From Pristiophorus japonicus (lineage: Eukaryota), in the NCBI RefSeq assembly GCF_044704955.1, contig NC_091999.1, forward strand, positions 40,672,001 through 40,736,000: a stretch of 64,000 nt of DNA, given 5' to 3'. Shown here in pieces: positions 24,190 to 35,417 of the stretch (positions are counted from its first letter, which is position 1; each line of letters begins with the position of its first letter). Both the position numbers and the translations under genes were made by a program. The notes below the pieces were generated by a model. It saw only the letters and a program-made list of their open reading frames with translations. It was not told where the DNA came from and ran no database searches.

Positions 24190-27100
24190 CAGGGTGCATG
24201 CATTTAATGGCCCAGTGTGCTGTGCCATTTCTTTCAACTGGGTGCTATTTATTGAACCTGTAACTCGCCCGGTTTGTATCTGATCCATATTGTGTCTCAC
24301 CTGACCAATCATCCATCTCCCATTGCATGACATGTGTCTCTTTTCCTGTCCTCGGCATCGTCCTCTCAATTCCTGCTTATTTTGCTCATTAATTGTTCCT
24401 GCATGGCCTTCCAATACGGATACACCCTCTAGCATTTTTTTTGGATGTTTTAGATCCTAACTCTGAAGATTCTATCCCAATCCTGGCCTGTTTCCTGATT
24501 AGTACCTCCGTTGTTCCCCTCAAGCTATCTACACGTGCCTGGATCGCCTGTCTATCTGGTGCATCTACTAGAAATGACCCTGTAAAGTTAATACGTCATT
24601 CGCTGTAAATCTCCTCTGTCTTCCTTCTTTGTGTCTCCGCTTCTTGTGTTACTCCCTTGCTCCTGATGTGTCACTAGCTATTCTCAGGATTGTGTCTAGC
24701 AATCGTATTTACACCGCTTTAGTCTTGTGGCTAATTTTTTCTGGCAGGTATAGGGCTGATTAATTTATGCTCACAGGTAACATTTCATGCTGCACATTGT
24801 CAAATAACAACATTACTTCTGTTCCAGATTTAACTACCACGCAATTTCCCAAGATTAATTCCCCTGGTTTACAATATTCAGGTAACATTTTTTACATACT
24901 TGTCTTATGGCTTCAAGGCAAACGCTCCTGACACTTAGATGCCGCCCTCGAGAGGCTGCTTTACGTACTTGTTGTACCCTCCGCTGTGGTTAAATGCTTC
25001 TGGGCCCCCGAGGGGCGGCCTTGTAGCTTGTCTTTGTAGAATCTGAAGGACGGTGATGATCACGTTTACATTCTGTTGATAAAACACATCCTGGATATTC
25101 CAGGTTTTAGTTAGAGTCTTACCATTTCCATTACAACCGGATTTTCCTTTCACTAGCCACTGTATTTGTTCTGCAATTGCTGTGGTTAGGTACAAAATTC
25201 CTGCAATAGCTAAAGAACCCCAGTACCTTACAAACCCCTCAGACTGGTTTTGGTAGGGGCATAATCCTAATGTCCTCCTTCCTGTCATTGGACATGGTCC
25301 GAGTTCCTTGGGATATTTCGTGTCCCAGGTACTGTACCACAGCTTGTCCGATTTGTGCCTTTTTGGGATTTACTTTAAATCCTGCTTTCCGTTATCTCAA
25401 ATGTTTCAGTTTCAAAGCCTTTACGTCTCACTTTCTGTGGTTCTTCAATCACTATATCTGAAGTCACAAGTTCAACTTATATTGTCCTTTGTTCTAAACT
25501 GCAAAAGCCTGCCGTTTTAACATTTACTTTTTTTCAAAATTCCTTTTACACTTTCGCAGATAGCTCCCCACTTGCCCAGGAGTTTGACCTGATCCCTGAA
25601 GGTATTTCTATATTGTTTCGAAACATGATAGTTTTACTTATTTTTTTTAAGAGATCAGATTTAACTTTTTATGTTAAATGTATTTCATTTTGTTGTGTAT
25701 TTTCTTAAACAGTGGTACTTGAAATCTTCAGAACAAAATTAACTCTTCACTGCTCCCATCCTGATTTCTGCTCCCCTTTTGTAGTATTTGTATTTATTGT
25801 TGGATTATGAAATGTTAAATATGGTAATACTGTTTTTTAATCGGACTTATCATTTATGTTTATAGTGATTCACAGATCACAGAATGCAAAGTACTTGTTT
25901 TATAATTATGTGCCTGACTTCTGTTTTAGAAGCTGAACATCAAAAACTCTAATCTTTTGCGCTGTAACTTCAATTTTGTGATACAGTATCTCATAAATTT
26001 AATCTTTTTCAGCTTCAGCTTCTGACACAGTATGTTTACTTTTATTAAAAGTCTTCCAAACCCAAGATTTTCCAATACAACCAAAATGTTTATCAAGGAG
26101 AATCACCAGAAATATCTCAAAATCCCAATTCAAATATGCCAATCTTTTATTTAAAAATCTTTTTACTGAGCTCGAAGCTTTCGCATCAAGATTTTACACA
26201 AAGAAATATGGGGCGTACTTCCCAAGCCCGCAGTCTTGCGACACCCATGCAGGATTCTTTTTTTAAGGCATTACAATTTCCCTTCTCCGTTCTTTATCTC
26301 ATTCCTAGACTAAATGTATTGTCTTTCAAACAAATGTAATCAATGATTACATGTTTTCTTTTGACAAGTGAGCGTGTCGAAAATTTTTTATTAAAACCAT
26401 CGGGACCACACATTTTTAATCTTTTGCTCAACAAACCTATCCTTTGTGCATTTCCTAGCACCATAACATATCATCTGAATAAATCCACACCTGGGTTTCT
26501 AAATTAAAATGTCATTCAATTCTAGGTTCACACTTTCTTAAAACTTCCTTCATACAGGACAACACTGCAAAGGGTTAAAACAAATTCACTCTGTCTGAAA
26601 AAGTGGGTGGGGCCATAACAACAGACAGCTCTGCCACTTTCTGAAGCAGGCTTTCAGACACCTGAAAAATTCATTAATTCCCACCTCAAATATTCCGAAG
26701 TCCAAAATCACACAAGCACTTTCATTCAAAGACAGACATTCACAAAAATCTCTCTTTATTCAACAAAGCTTATTGTTTGGCCGGCTCTATTTTTGTATCC
26801 ATACTTCACTTAAGAAAGTCACTAACAGTTTTTGTTATGGACTTCCGAAAACTATCTACTAAGCGAGCCTTCTGGCCCCCAATCAATACTTTATTTTCCT
26901 CAGGTCCTAATCATAACCCTGTTAGTGGGGGATACAAATTTGGGCCAAATTCCTCTGTCCATTCCCTTCTGTCAATTATATCTATTTTTATACTTACATC
27001 CTGTTGTCTTTTGTCACATTCTCTGTCCATCTCACCTTCGGGTATCTTTCTATTCATCTTTCCAGCTGTTAAAATGATCTTTTTCCATTCATCATATCCT

Positions 27101-27544
27101 GCCTTAACCATCTTCATGACCTTTTCAGATTTATCTCTCAGAAACTCTTCTGGTAGTTTATACCTCAGCCCTCCAAGGGCCTTGGCAGATTCATTTGCCA
27201 TTTCATACATTGGGGCTGTTTCCCCAGTTCCTGTTTTACCATCTTTATTAAGCAGAACTTTTTAAACCAAGGCTTTTTACCTTGTGTTGTTTTTCCGCTT
27301 TTACTTATGCGGGACTATTTACACTGAGGCTTTTTTCCTGTATACGTACTTATTGTACCAAAACTTACAGTATTGATTTACAGTGTCCTGACGCGCCCCT
27401 CAACTGGATTTACTGGCTGCATGGATTCTACCTCAGATTCGTTGGATCTCTCGTTACTTTGCGAGGAGAATTTCTCAAGCTAATTCTCTACTCACTCGTT
27501 ATTCGGTTGGTCAGCTTTTTGAGTCTAATCTGCCCGTCCAGTAG

Positions 27545-27562
27545 ATCCTGCTGACTGCGCCA
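27545..27562 (-). promoter_or_regulatory. Primer-binding site for tRNA-Ser
   Basis: Minus strand TGGCGCAGTCAGCAGGAT lies 3 nt after the LTR end (..TAACA) and is 16/18 complementary to the tRNA-Ser 3' end ATCCTGCCGACTACG-CCA. Confidence 0.85.
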
Positions 27563-27565
27563 CGT

Positions 27566-28055
27566 TGTTAGAGTTAACTTCAAACCACCACTCGGAGTCC
27601 GTTAGTCTTAAAGTAAATGCAGTTTTTATTAATAAAAGATAAAAGCTGGCAGGTGAGCTATCCTTGAATGAATGCTCAGAGAAACTGCCAGAGACATCTT
27701 ATTTTATACAGTTTCAGATTATAGTCTTACTTAATTACGCAAGTTACAATTAATATTAGCTGATTGATTAATACATGATTATCTGGTAGGTTGCTTCCTC
27801 CAATCTGGCCTCTATATACTTTAATTGGTAATTCAGGATACATGTTGTTATGATTCTTTTTATTTAACTTGTATCTTATTATATAATTCAAATTCTATGT
27901 TATCTGTGTCTGTGCCCAGCTCCCAAGGCCTTTGGTCTATGAATTGGAACATCTCACCCTCTGTGGAAGGCATCCCACACATGCTTCTCACAATCTGAAA
28001 AACAGGCTGTGGGATCTATTTTAAAAATCTGCTAACTCCATTTTAAAACATCACA
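27566..28055 (-). repeat. 5' LTR of ERV-A (outer boundary approximate)
   Basis: Ends TTAACTCTAACA next to the PBS; TATAAA at about 27703-27708 and AATAAA at about 27625-27630 on the minus strand. Confidence 0.7.
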
Positions 28056-28079
28056 ATTATTATTATTAATTGGAATTAA

Positions 28080-29600
28080 AATTTGTGATCTGCCCTTTCA
28101 GTCTATTATGGGGTATTTTATCGAAGGCCTTTGGAAATCTAGATAAATTACATCTACTACATTACGTTAGTTTACGCTATCTGTTACTTCTTCGAAAAAT
28201 TCAAAGAATTTGGTCAATTCAAGACTTTCCCTTTTCTTATCCATGCTGACTATTCATTTTTGGTTTCTAGTTGTTCTTCCACTTTCTCCTTTAGTAGGGA
28301 ATCCATTATTTTTCCTCCCAACGACGTTAAGTTGACGGGACTATAGTTCCTCAGTCACGTTCAACCTCACTTCTTAAAAATGGGTATTACATTAGGTATC
28401 TGCCAATCCTCTGGCACTGCACTTTATTCTAACAAAATATTAAATATGTTTATTAATGCCTCTGCTATCTCTTCCCTTGATGTAATTTGTCCGAAGCCGG
28501 CATTTTATCCATTTTCGGTTTGATTAGTTGATATAATATTTTCCTCTTGTTATTTTAAATGCAGTTATTTCATTTCTAATATCATCCAATGTCATGTCCA
28601 CCTGTGTTTACTCCCTGATAAATACTGATGCAAAGTAATTGTTTAATATTTCTTCCTATCTCTGTCTGTGGACAACCTTCTGAGCCACGTACCTTGGTAT
28701 GTATTGTGGATGTCCTCCACGCAATCTTTATCCTTATTGTTAGGCAGGAGCAGTGTCTCATTCTCAGTCTCTCCTCAGTTCTCGCTTCACGGCACCCAAT
28801 CAGCCACGGACTTTACTGAACCTGCGCTTTTCTGTGGGATGTGACTGTTTTCTGGATTAAATCACTTCTCCTGTGTGTTTCAGAGTGTGTCGAACTCGCA
28901 CTCCAGGCCAATTATTCTGAGCCAGAGAGAATAAAGCATAGACATTTCCTGCAGATGTGGGAATGTGGGACAGATTTGATGTCCACAAACTCACACACAT
29001 TACAGTCTCGACTCATTGCCTACCCTGCCACCTTTAGTTATTTTTTATAAATTATTTGCTTATTTACACACTGAATTAATTTAATTACTTAGTTTTTATT
29101 CAAATGGTTATTTATAATTATATTAATTAATTAGTAATTATAGTTAAATTATTAATTTAATAAAGTATTGTTATTGCTCCCAGGTCTTAATGTGGACCAA
29201 GCTTCGAGAAAAAAGTTAATACTCTCCAAACGTTCAGCTCCCTGCTGTATTTTGGAGGCCAAAGCAGCACCTCCTTCAACCACTGTTCCCATTCAAACTC
29301 TCACCAAATTCCATTTAATATCACTGTGCAGAACACACTGTGAATCAGCAGTTAGTGTTTAGTTTTATACCTTTGGAGCCACACACAAGTTACAAGTGCT
29401 GTCTCAGCTCCATGCCCATTGCTCGCAGTAATTAGCACATATTTAAGACTAACACTTACAGCTGACTGATAGTTAACTACCACTAACAGGCAGTTTCTGC
29501 TAACTTCTGTTTTTAAAGTTCGAAGTTCAATTCAAAACGTTAATCTAAATGTCCCTTCTTACAGCTAATACTCAGCCAGACTCACCCCGGACTTACCACT
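28080..29600 (-). mobile_element. Old, heavily deleted CR1 (5' UTR, ORF1 N-terminus, ORF2 pieces)
   Basis: ICRKC-like ORF1 knuckle near 28940-28960; YLDFQ.AFD and NYSPVNLTS pieces at 28120-28350. Confidence 0.6.
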
Positions 29601-30775
29601 GAATCTCACTTTCTCTACGTTCCCAAATTTACCACTCTCTTTGTGCACTCCGTTTAAGATCAGGATGTGGTGATAGATTAAGCTCTGACATGCTCTGCTG
29701 GGCCGAAAGAGTCGGGGTGGGGAAGGTCGCTCTGTAAATTTGCAGTCCACAGGCAGATGGGCTGCTAACACTCAGCACCCCCAGAGAAACCTCAGGGGAA
29801 CGGCCTCAGAACAGTTTGCAGCCGCGAGCACCGAATGGCCTATTTCTGTGCTGCAGACATTAAGTAACTCTTTGTAAGGTGATGGGTGAAGGAGAAGGGA
29901 TGTCTGAAATGCGATTCTGGGTCAACCACAGACCAGGGCGTGGTCAGAAGGGCAGGTCTGTGATGTCACAATACTCAGGCACAGTGTCATGGGGGTTTCA
30001 CCGCTTTATTACATCACACATACTGCAATACCTAGCAACAAAGCTCGTTACCACCCTCACTGAACACTGCATATTATGGCCTATGTTTAGCTCGGAGATT
30101 TTACAGAGAGTGAGGAGGAGCTGAGTTTAATGTGTGTCGAGTGTGTGCGGGGAACACTTCATCCTGCAGCTCACCGCATTGTTCTGGCAAACTTACAAAG
30201 GAACGTTATAGTGGTGAATGTCACTGGGATATACTCCGTCTGTTGGAGACCCTTTAATCCCAAAGGTAGATTATCCGAAACAAGGACACGTCGCTATCAC
30301 CAGGTGCTGGGGCTGCTCAGGTTAAACCCCACTGGGAGAAAAACACAAGGAGCCTGCAAAAGGATGAAAGCACTGACCTTTGAGCCTTTGAAACCTTCCC
30401 TCCCTGGCTATTGTTTGGTCCCAGGCCATTTCCCACCAGCTTTCCCTGGGAGTGCTGGGGACTGAGCGACCCGCCCGTGGACTGAAAAGTAACAGAGCCA
30501 CCTTCCCCGTGCCGCTCCCTTTGGGTAAACACATCCGACACGAGCCTGGCGGTCGGGAGCATTATAAAGCCATTCCAGACCGCAGCAGACGTCTTAGCGG
30601 GGATAAAACCTGAAGGAGGCCAACGGGACTGATCTCCGTGGACTTCCCCACCACTACCATTTTTGTTAGTCGCTGACTCCGCGCGGTGAAAGATGAAAAC
30701 AGGCCTCACTGTGTGTGTACCACAGAGATGAGCGGATTGGGCAGAACACCCGCCCAAAACATTGTGTGATTCTTA

Positions 30776-33700
30776 TTATTTAATGCATTTAACAATTACA
30801 GTAAAGGGATATTTCACCGCATTCTTCAACTCCTCTCTGAATTTCGTCTGGGTCACGGCATAAATACATGTGTTGGTGCAGCAACTCAGGAGCTGAAGCA
30901 TTGATCCCATTTCCTGTACATATTGAGGTAGAGATACACGAATAACGTTTAACGAATACAATCGTTCAACCACAGAATATAACAGAAACACTGCCCATAA
31001 CAGGATAAAATTGCCGGATAGAACAAACAGTAAAATGATGGATTTCCTTCGCTTCTCCATCTCTGGGTCACTGGGAATCTCCCCACTGCTGTGGGCCCTG
31101 AGTCTCCTGCGGGCTCTGCTCGACACTAAAACGTGTCTGACAGTTAAAGTATTGAGCAGAAGGATCAGAACAAATGGAATAAACGGTGTTATAATATAAT
31201 GAAGGAATTCAATTACTGCCCATGATACTGATTCATAGACTTCCCATCGAACAAAACAAAACCAGGGACTATTGGAAATATGATACATACCTGCATACAT
31301 AAAGTACCAGAAAGTGTTCTTTACACAGAACAGCGCACTCAATGTTCCCACAACCACAGTCGCCGTTTTCTCGGTGCAATATTTGGTTTTGAGCTTCTGA
31401 CAACAAATGGCTATACATCGATCAAAGGTAAAAGCAACTGTGAACCAGACGGAACAGTCTGTCACTGCGTAAAGCAGGATGGCATGGATATTACAAACAT
31501 TAATCTTCCACATGAACTCAAACACGGTTGAATAAAGAATAGGAATCTGCCTGGATATCAGGTCGAGGATAACGACCAGTAGATCCGCCGCTGCCATTGC
31601 CACCAGGTAACGGCTGACACACTTGGAGAGACCGCACCTTCCTCGAGACAGGATCATTATCGTCACGATGTTCACTGTAAGAAAGAGAAAAACAGGGAAT
31701 GTATACTTCAGATTGAGAGCAACAACAGCAGTCTCAAAGAATTATGTGTGAAATGTGTCAGGATTAAATGAACCAGCCAATGGGACTTGTGGTGTTTGGG
31801 CCAGGACTGATGAAATCATCGGATGGGACGTGTGCTGTTTGGGTCAGGACTGATTACACCAGCGGATGGGACGTGTGGTGTTTGGGACAGTTACTGAAAT
31901 AACCAATATATGGGACGTGTGGGTGTCGGGACAAGGACTGAATGTACTAATGGATGGGACGTGTGGGTGTTGGCTCTGGACTGAATGTACCAGTGGATGG
32001 GATGTTTGGGTGTTGTGACAGGGAGTGAGTGAAGCGGTGGATGTGATGTGTGGGTGCTGGGTCATGACTGAAATAATTAATGTGCTGGAATTTTGCCAGG
32101 TGGGTAAAGCTCCGAATGAGACTCTGATATCACGCCATATCCAAGTCAGAGGAAGCAATAATTCAGCACAAGAAGCCGCGAGTTTGTGAACAGCCTGCGT
32201 CCATTGAGGGAAATAGAATCATTGTCCAGGGATGGGAATGTAGTATGGGGACAGCGAGGGGGATGAAATCTGTGTCCAGAATGGAATTGGGGGCCAAGGG
32301 AGGGAATGGAGTCTGTGGCCAAGGAAAGGAATGGAGTCTGTGACAGGGAGGGGAATGGAGTATGTGGCCAAGGAGAGGAATCGATTCTTTGTCCAGGAAG
32401 TGGAATCGAATCTTTGTACAGGGAGGGGAATGGAGTATGTGGCCAAGGTGGGGAATGAAATCTGTGGCCAGAGAGGGGAATGGAGTCTTTGACGAGGTTA
32501 CTGCGGTTGTGTCGTAGGCTGAAGAAGATGACTTTAATTGTATTATGTGTCGAAATCAGAACCTTTCCAACCATTGTTTTGAAAGTACACTTTGTAACTG
32601 GCTTAAGCTGACTTTCCAAGAATATTGCAAATAATCTTTAAAGAAGGGACTGTCGCATTACAATAGACTGATGATGACCCATGTTGTAAGCTGTCACAGA
32701 AGATTTTCGAACGTGTCTGTTTACAGCTGGAACTGTGTCAACCAACTTCCTTTCACTTGGTGTGAGAAGGTTACAGACTTCCAGTCGACAGAGAGAGTTT
32801 GAGACTGGAAATATCAAAATATTTCACAATATAGTGCTCCATTTTGAATAGTTGCTACTGTGTGGCCCACCCCGAGCTCTCGTGAACTGTGGCTGAACAA
32901 GGGAAATAAATCAATTCAAACACAACTGAATAAACATTTTACTGGAAGACGTGTTGCAGTTTTAACCCTGTCCTGATCATCTGGATTTAGTGACTGTGAG
33001 GCAGAGCGGGAGGCGGTGGAAATTACGACAACTCTCTATAGCTGAATCATTAGTGGATAATGTCTCATATCTCAATGTATTTGTGAAGTATCTCTCAACA
33101 CTGATTTCCACAGATCAGTGTCATTAACAATATCCAGCGGTCCTTAAAACACTTATTACCGCTGAACACATATTTATTATCCAACACTGGGCATCAGTGC
33201 AGTAAGCTGACTTCAGGCTGTTCAGTAATCGAATCGTTCACTAACATATCTTGTGTCAAAATCAAATTTCTGTCAAATCCTGTAAACCACTATCACTGGA
33301 AACAAGTTGTGGAAACAACACACTGTTTATTGAACTGGGAGCAGCGAGTCAGCAAATGATCGAACATTACATGACAGAAACTTCTGTGCATTGCCAGACA
33401 CAGAACAAGAGATTTAATTTGTGAAAACAACATACTGTTCATTGAACTGGGGTCAGCGAATCAGCAAATTATCAAACATTACATGACAGAAACTTCTGTG
33501 CATTGCCAGACACAGAACAAGAGATTTAAATTGTGAAAACAACATACTATTCATTGAACTGGGGTCAGCGAATCAGCAAATTATCAAACATTACATGACA
33601 GAAACTTCCGTGCATTGCCAGACACAGAAAACAGGTTTAAATTGTGAAAACAACATAATGTTCATTGAACTGGGAGCAGCGAATTCACAAATGATCAAAC

Positions 33701-33941
33701 ATTACATGACAGACACTTATTTTCATTGCCAAACTCAGAACAAGAGGTTCAAATTGAATACAATTAATAACTAGAACTAAAGGACAAGGACAGCAAATAC
33801 AGAGAAACATGGGTTACATAATTAATTGCAGATTAAGGACTCACCAGGAACACCAACAGCAGCGAGGAGCGGGTAATAAAAACGTTCCACATTGAAAAAT
33901 GCCCTCAGGATCCAAAGCTCAGTTGGAATCTCCCAGAACAT
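30776..33941 (-). CDS. Two-exon class A orphan GPCR, GPR139/GPR142-like (chondrichthyan expanded type), 331 aa; exon 1 33845-33941, exon 2 30776-31674
   Basis: Exon 1 MFWEIPTELWILRAFFNVERFYYPLLAAVGVP ends at a GTGAGT donor (33844); phase-1 acceptor ttacAG at 31676-31675. Exon 2 has TM1 (V)N, AAADLL, FTFDRCIAICC, TM5 PF, RRKSIILL and CCTNTCIY. No stops. Confidence 0.92.
31780..32490. repeat. Two degenerate minisatellites in the GPCR intron
   Basis: Approx. 41-bp gatgggacgtgtgg..gactga units at 31780-32060; gggaatggagt.tgtg.cc units at 32210-32490. Confidence 0.75.
33315..33760. repeat. Approx. 112-bp tandem repeat x4 in the GPCR intron
   Basis: tgaactggg recurs at 33331, 33443, 33555 and 33666. 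Confidence 0.92.
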
Positions 33942-34033
33942 GATTTGACTTTCTATGAGCTCCAATGAGCGCTGTCCGTTTTAGACAACAACTTAAGTCA
34001 AACATTGCTGTACAGACTGAAGAAAAAATCCCT

Positions 34034-34040
34034 ATTTATA
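34034..34040 (-). promoter_or_regulatory. Candidate TATA box of the GPCR gene
   Basis: TATAAAT on the minus strand about 95 nt upstream of the ATG. Confidence 0.55.
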
Positions 34041-34399
34041 GCCTGAGGGAACTCTCCAGTGAGACAATTAAACTGCACACTGAAGGATATTAATCACAGT
34101 CACTGAATAAACAAGTTGTCCGAACGTTCTCTTTGCATCACTTTCAATTGCAAAATATCTTAAAAGCAACGTGGCTATCAGATCAAATAACCTAATCCAA
34201 AACCAAGCACTATTGGTAAAAGCAGAAATAGTTAATTCCACAGAATCACAGCTTGCATGTAAAGGGAGCAGCTTCATTTAGGGAGTTTCGATTATTACTG
34301 AGATGTAAAATAACTCTGTAATTTCAGAATTTCAATTCACTTCTCGGGGTAACACAAGTGAAATAAAACAAATGGAAGGATAGATGCAGGCTAAGTAAA

Positions 34400-35345
34400 G
34401 GTCAGTAACATACATGGGCACTAACAGTACAGTGCTAATTCAGGATACATGGGCACTGATAAAACAATGGTCAGTAAAGATATACGACGACTGATCACAC
34501 AATGACCAGTAAGGATACATGGGGACTGATAATACAGTGGTCAGTGAGCGTACATGAGGACTGATAATACAATGGTCAGTAAGGGTACATGGGGACTGAT
34601 AATACAGTGGTCAGTAAGGGTACATGAGGACTGATAATACAATAGTCAGTAAGGGTACATGGTGACTGTTAATATAATGGCGAGTAAGGATACATGGGGA
34701 CTGATAATACAGTGGTCAGTAAAGGTACATGGGGACTGATAATACAATTGTCAGTAAGGGTACATGAGGACTGATAATACAGTGGTCAGTAAAGGTACAT
34801 GAGGACTGATAATACAATTGTCAGTAAGGGTACATGAGGACTGATAATACAGTGGTCAGTAAAGGTACATGAGGACTGATAATACAATTGTCAGTAAGGG
34901 TACATGGGGACTGATAATACAATGGTCAGTAAGGTACATGAGGACTGATAATACAATGGTCAGTAAGGGTACATGGTGACTGTTAATATAATGGTGAGTA
35001 AGGATACATGGGACTGATAATACAGTGGTCACTAAGTTTACATGCAGAGGGATAATACAGTGGCCAATAAGGATACATGGGGACAGATAATACAATGGTA
35101 AGTAAGGGTACATTGGAAGGATAATAAAATGGTCAGTAAGGGTACATGGTGACTGTTAATATAATGGTGAGTAAGGATACATGCGGACAGATAATACAGA
35201 GGTCAGTAAGGATATATGGGGACAGATAATACAGTGGTCAGTAAGGGGACATGGGGCAGATAATATATTGGTCAGTAAGGGTTCATGGGGACAGATAATA
35301 CAATGGTCAGTAAGGATACATGTGTGCTGTTAATACAATGAACAG
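34400..35345. repeat. 35-bp minisatellite (about 26 copies)
   Basis: Unit ggtcagtaagggtacatggggactgataatacaRt; period 35 (34574 to 34609). Confidence 0.93.
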
Positions 35346-35417
35346 TTAGGATTCATGGCGACCGATGCCATACTGATAGTTACACGGCATCTTATCGTTT
35401 ATTTTCCTCAGAACAGG

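Larger units (their letters stand above)
24190..28055 (-). mobile_element. Endogenous retrovirus A, internally deleted, lokiretrovirus-like: 5' LTR, PBS(Ser), upstream ORF remnant, RT C-terminus, F-like env 5' half
   Basis: RT remnant at about 25140-25392 reads RKAGFKVNPKKAQIGQAVVQYLGHEISQG..PKPV*GVCKVLGFFSYCRNFVP. The env remnant has a furin site RQRR (24610-24621) followed by DRQAIQARVDSL..CNGRWMIGQVRHNMDQIQTGRV. PBS and LTR are listed separately. Confidence 0.82.

Noticed and set aside
29565-30760. GC-richer stretch with several short ORFs downstream of the GPCR
   Set aside because: No recognisable domain or element boundaries; left unassigned.
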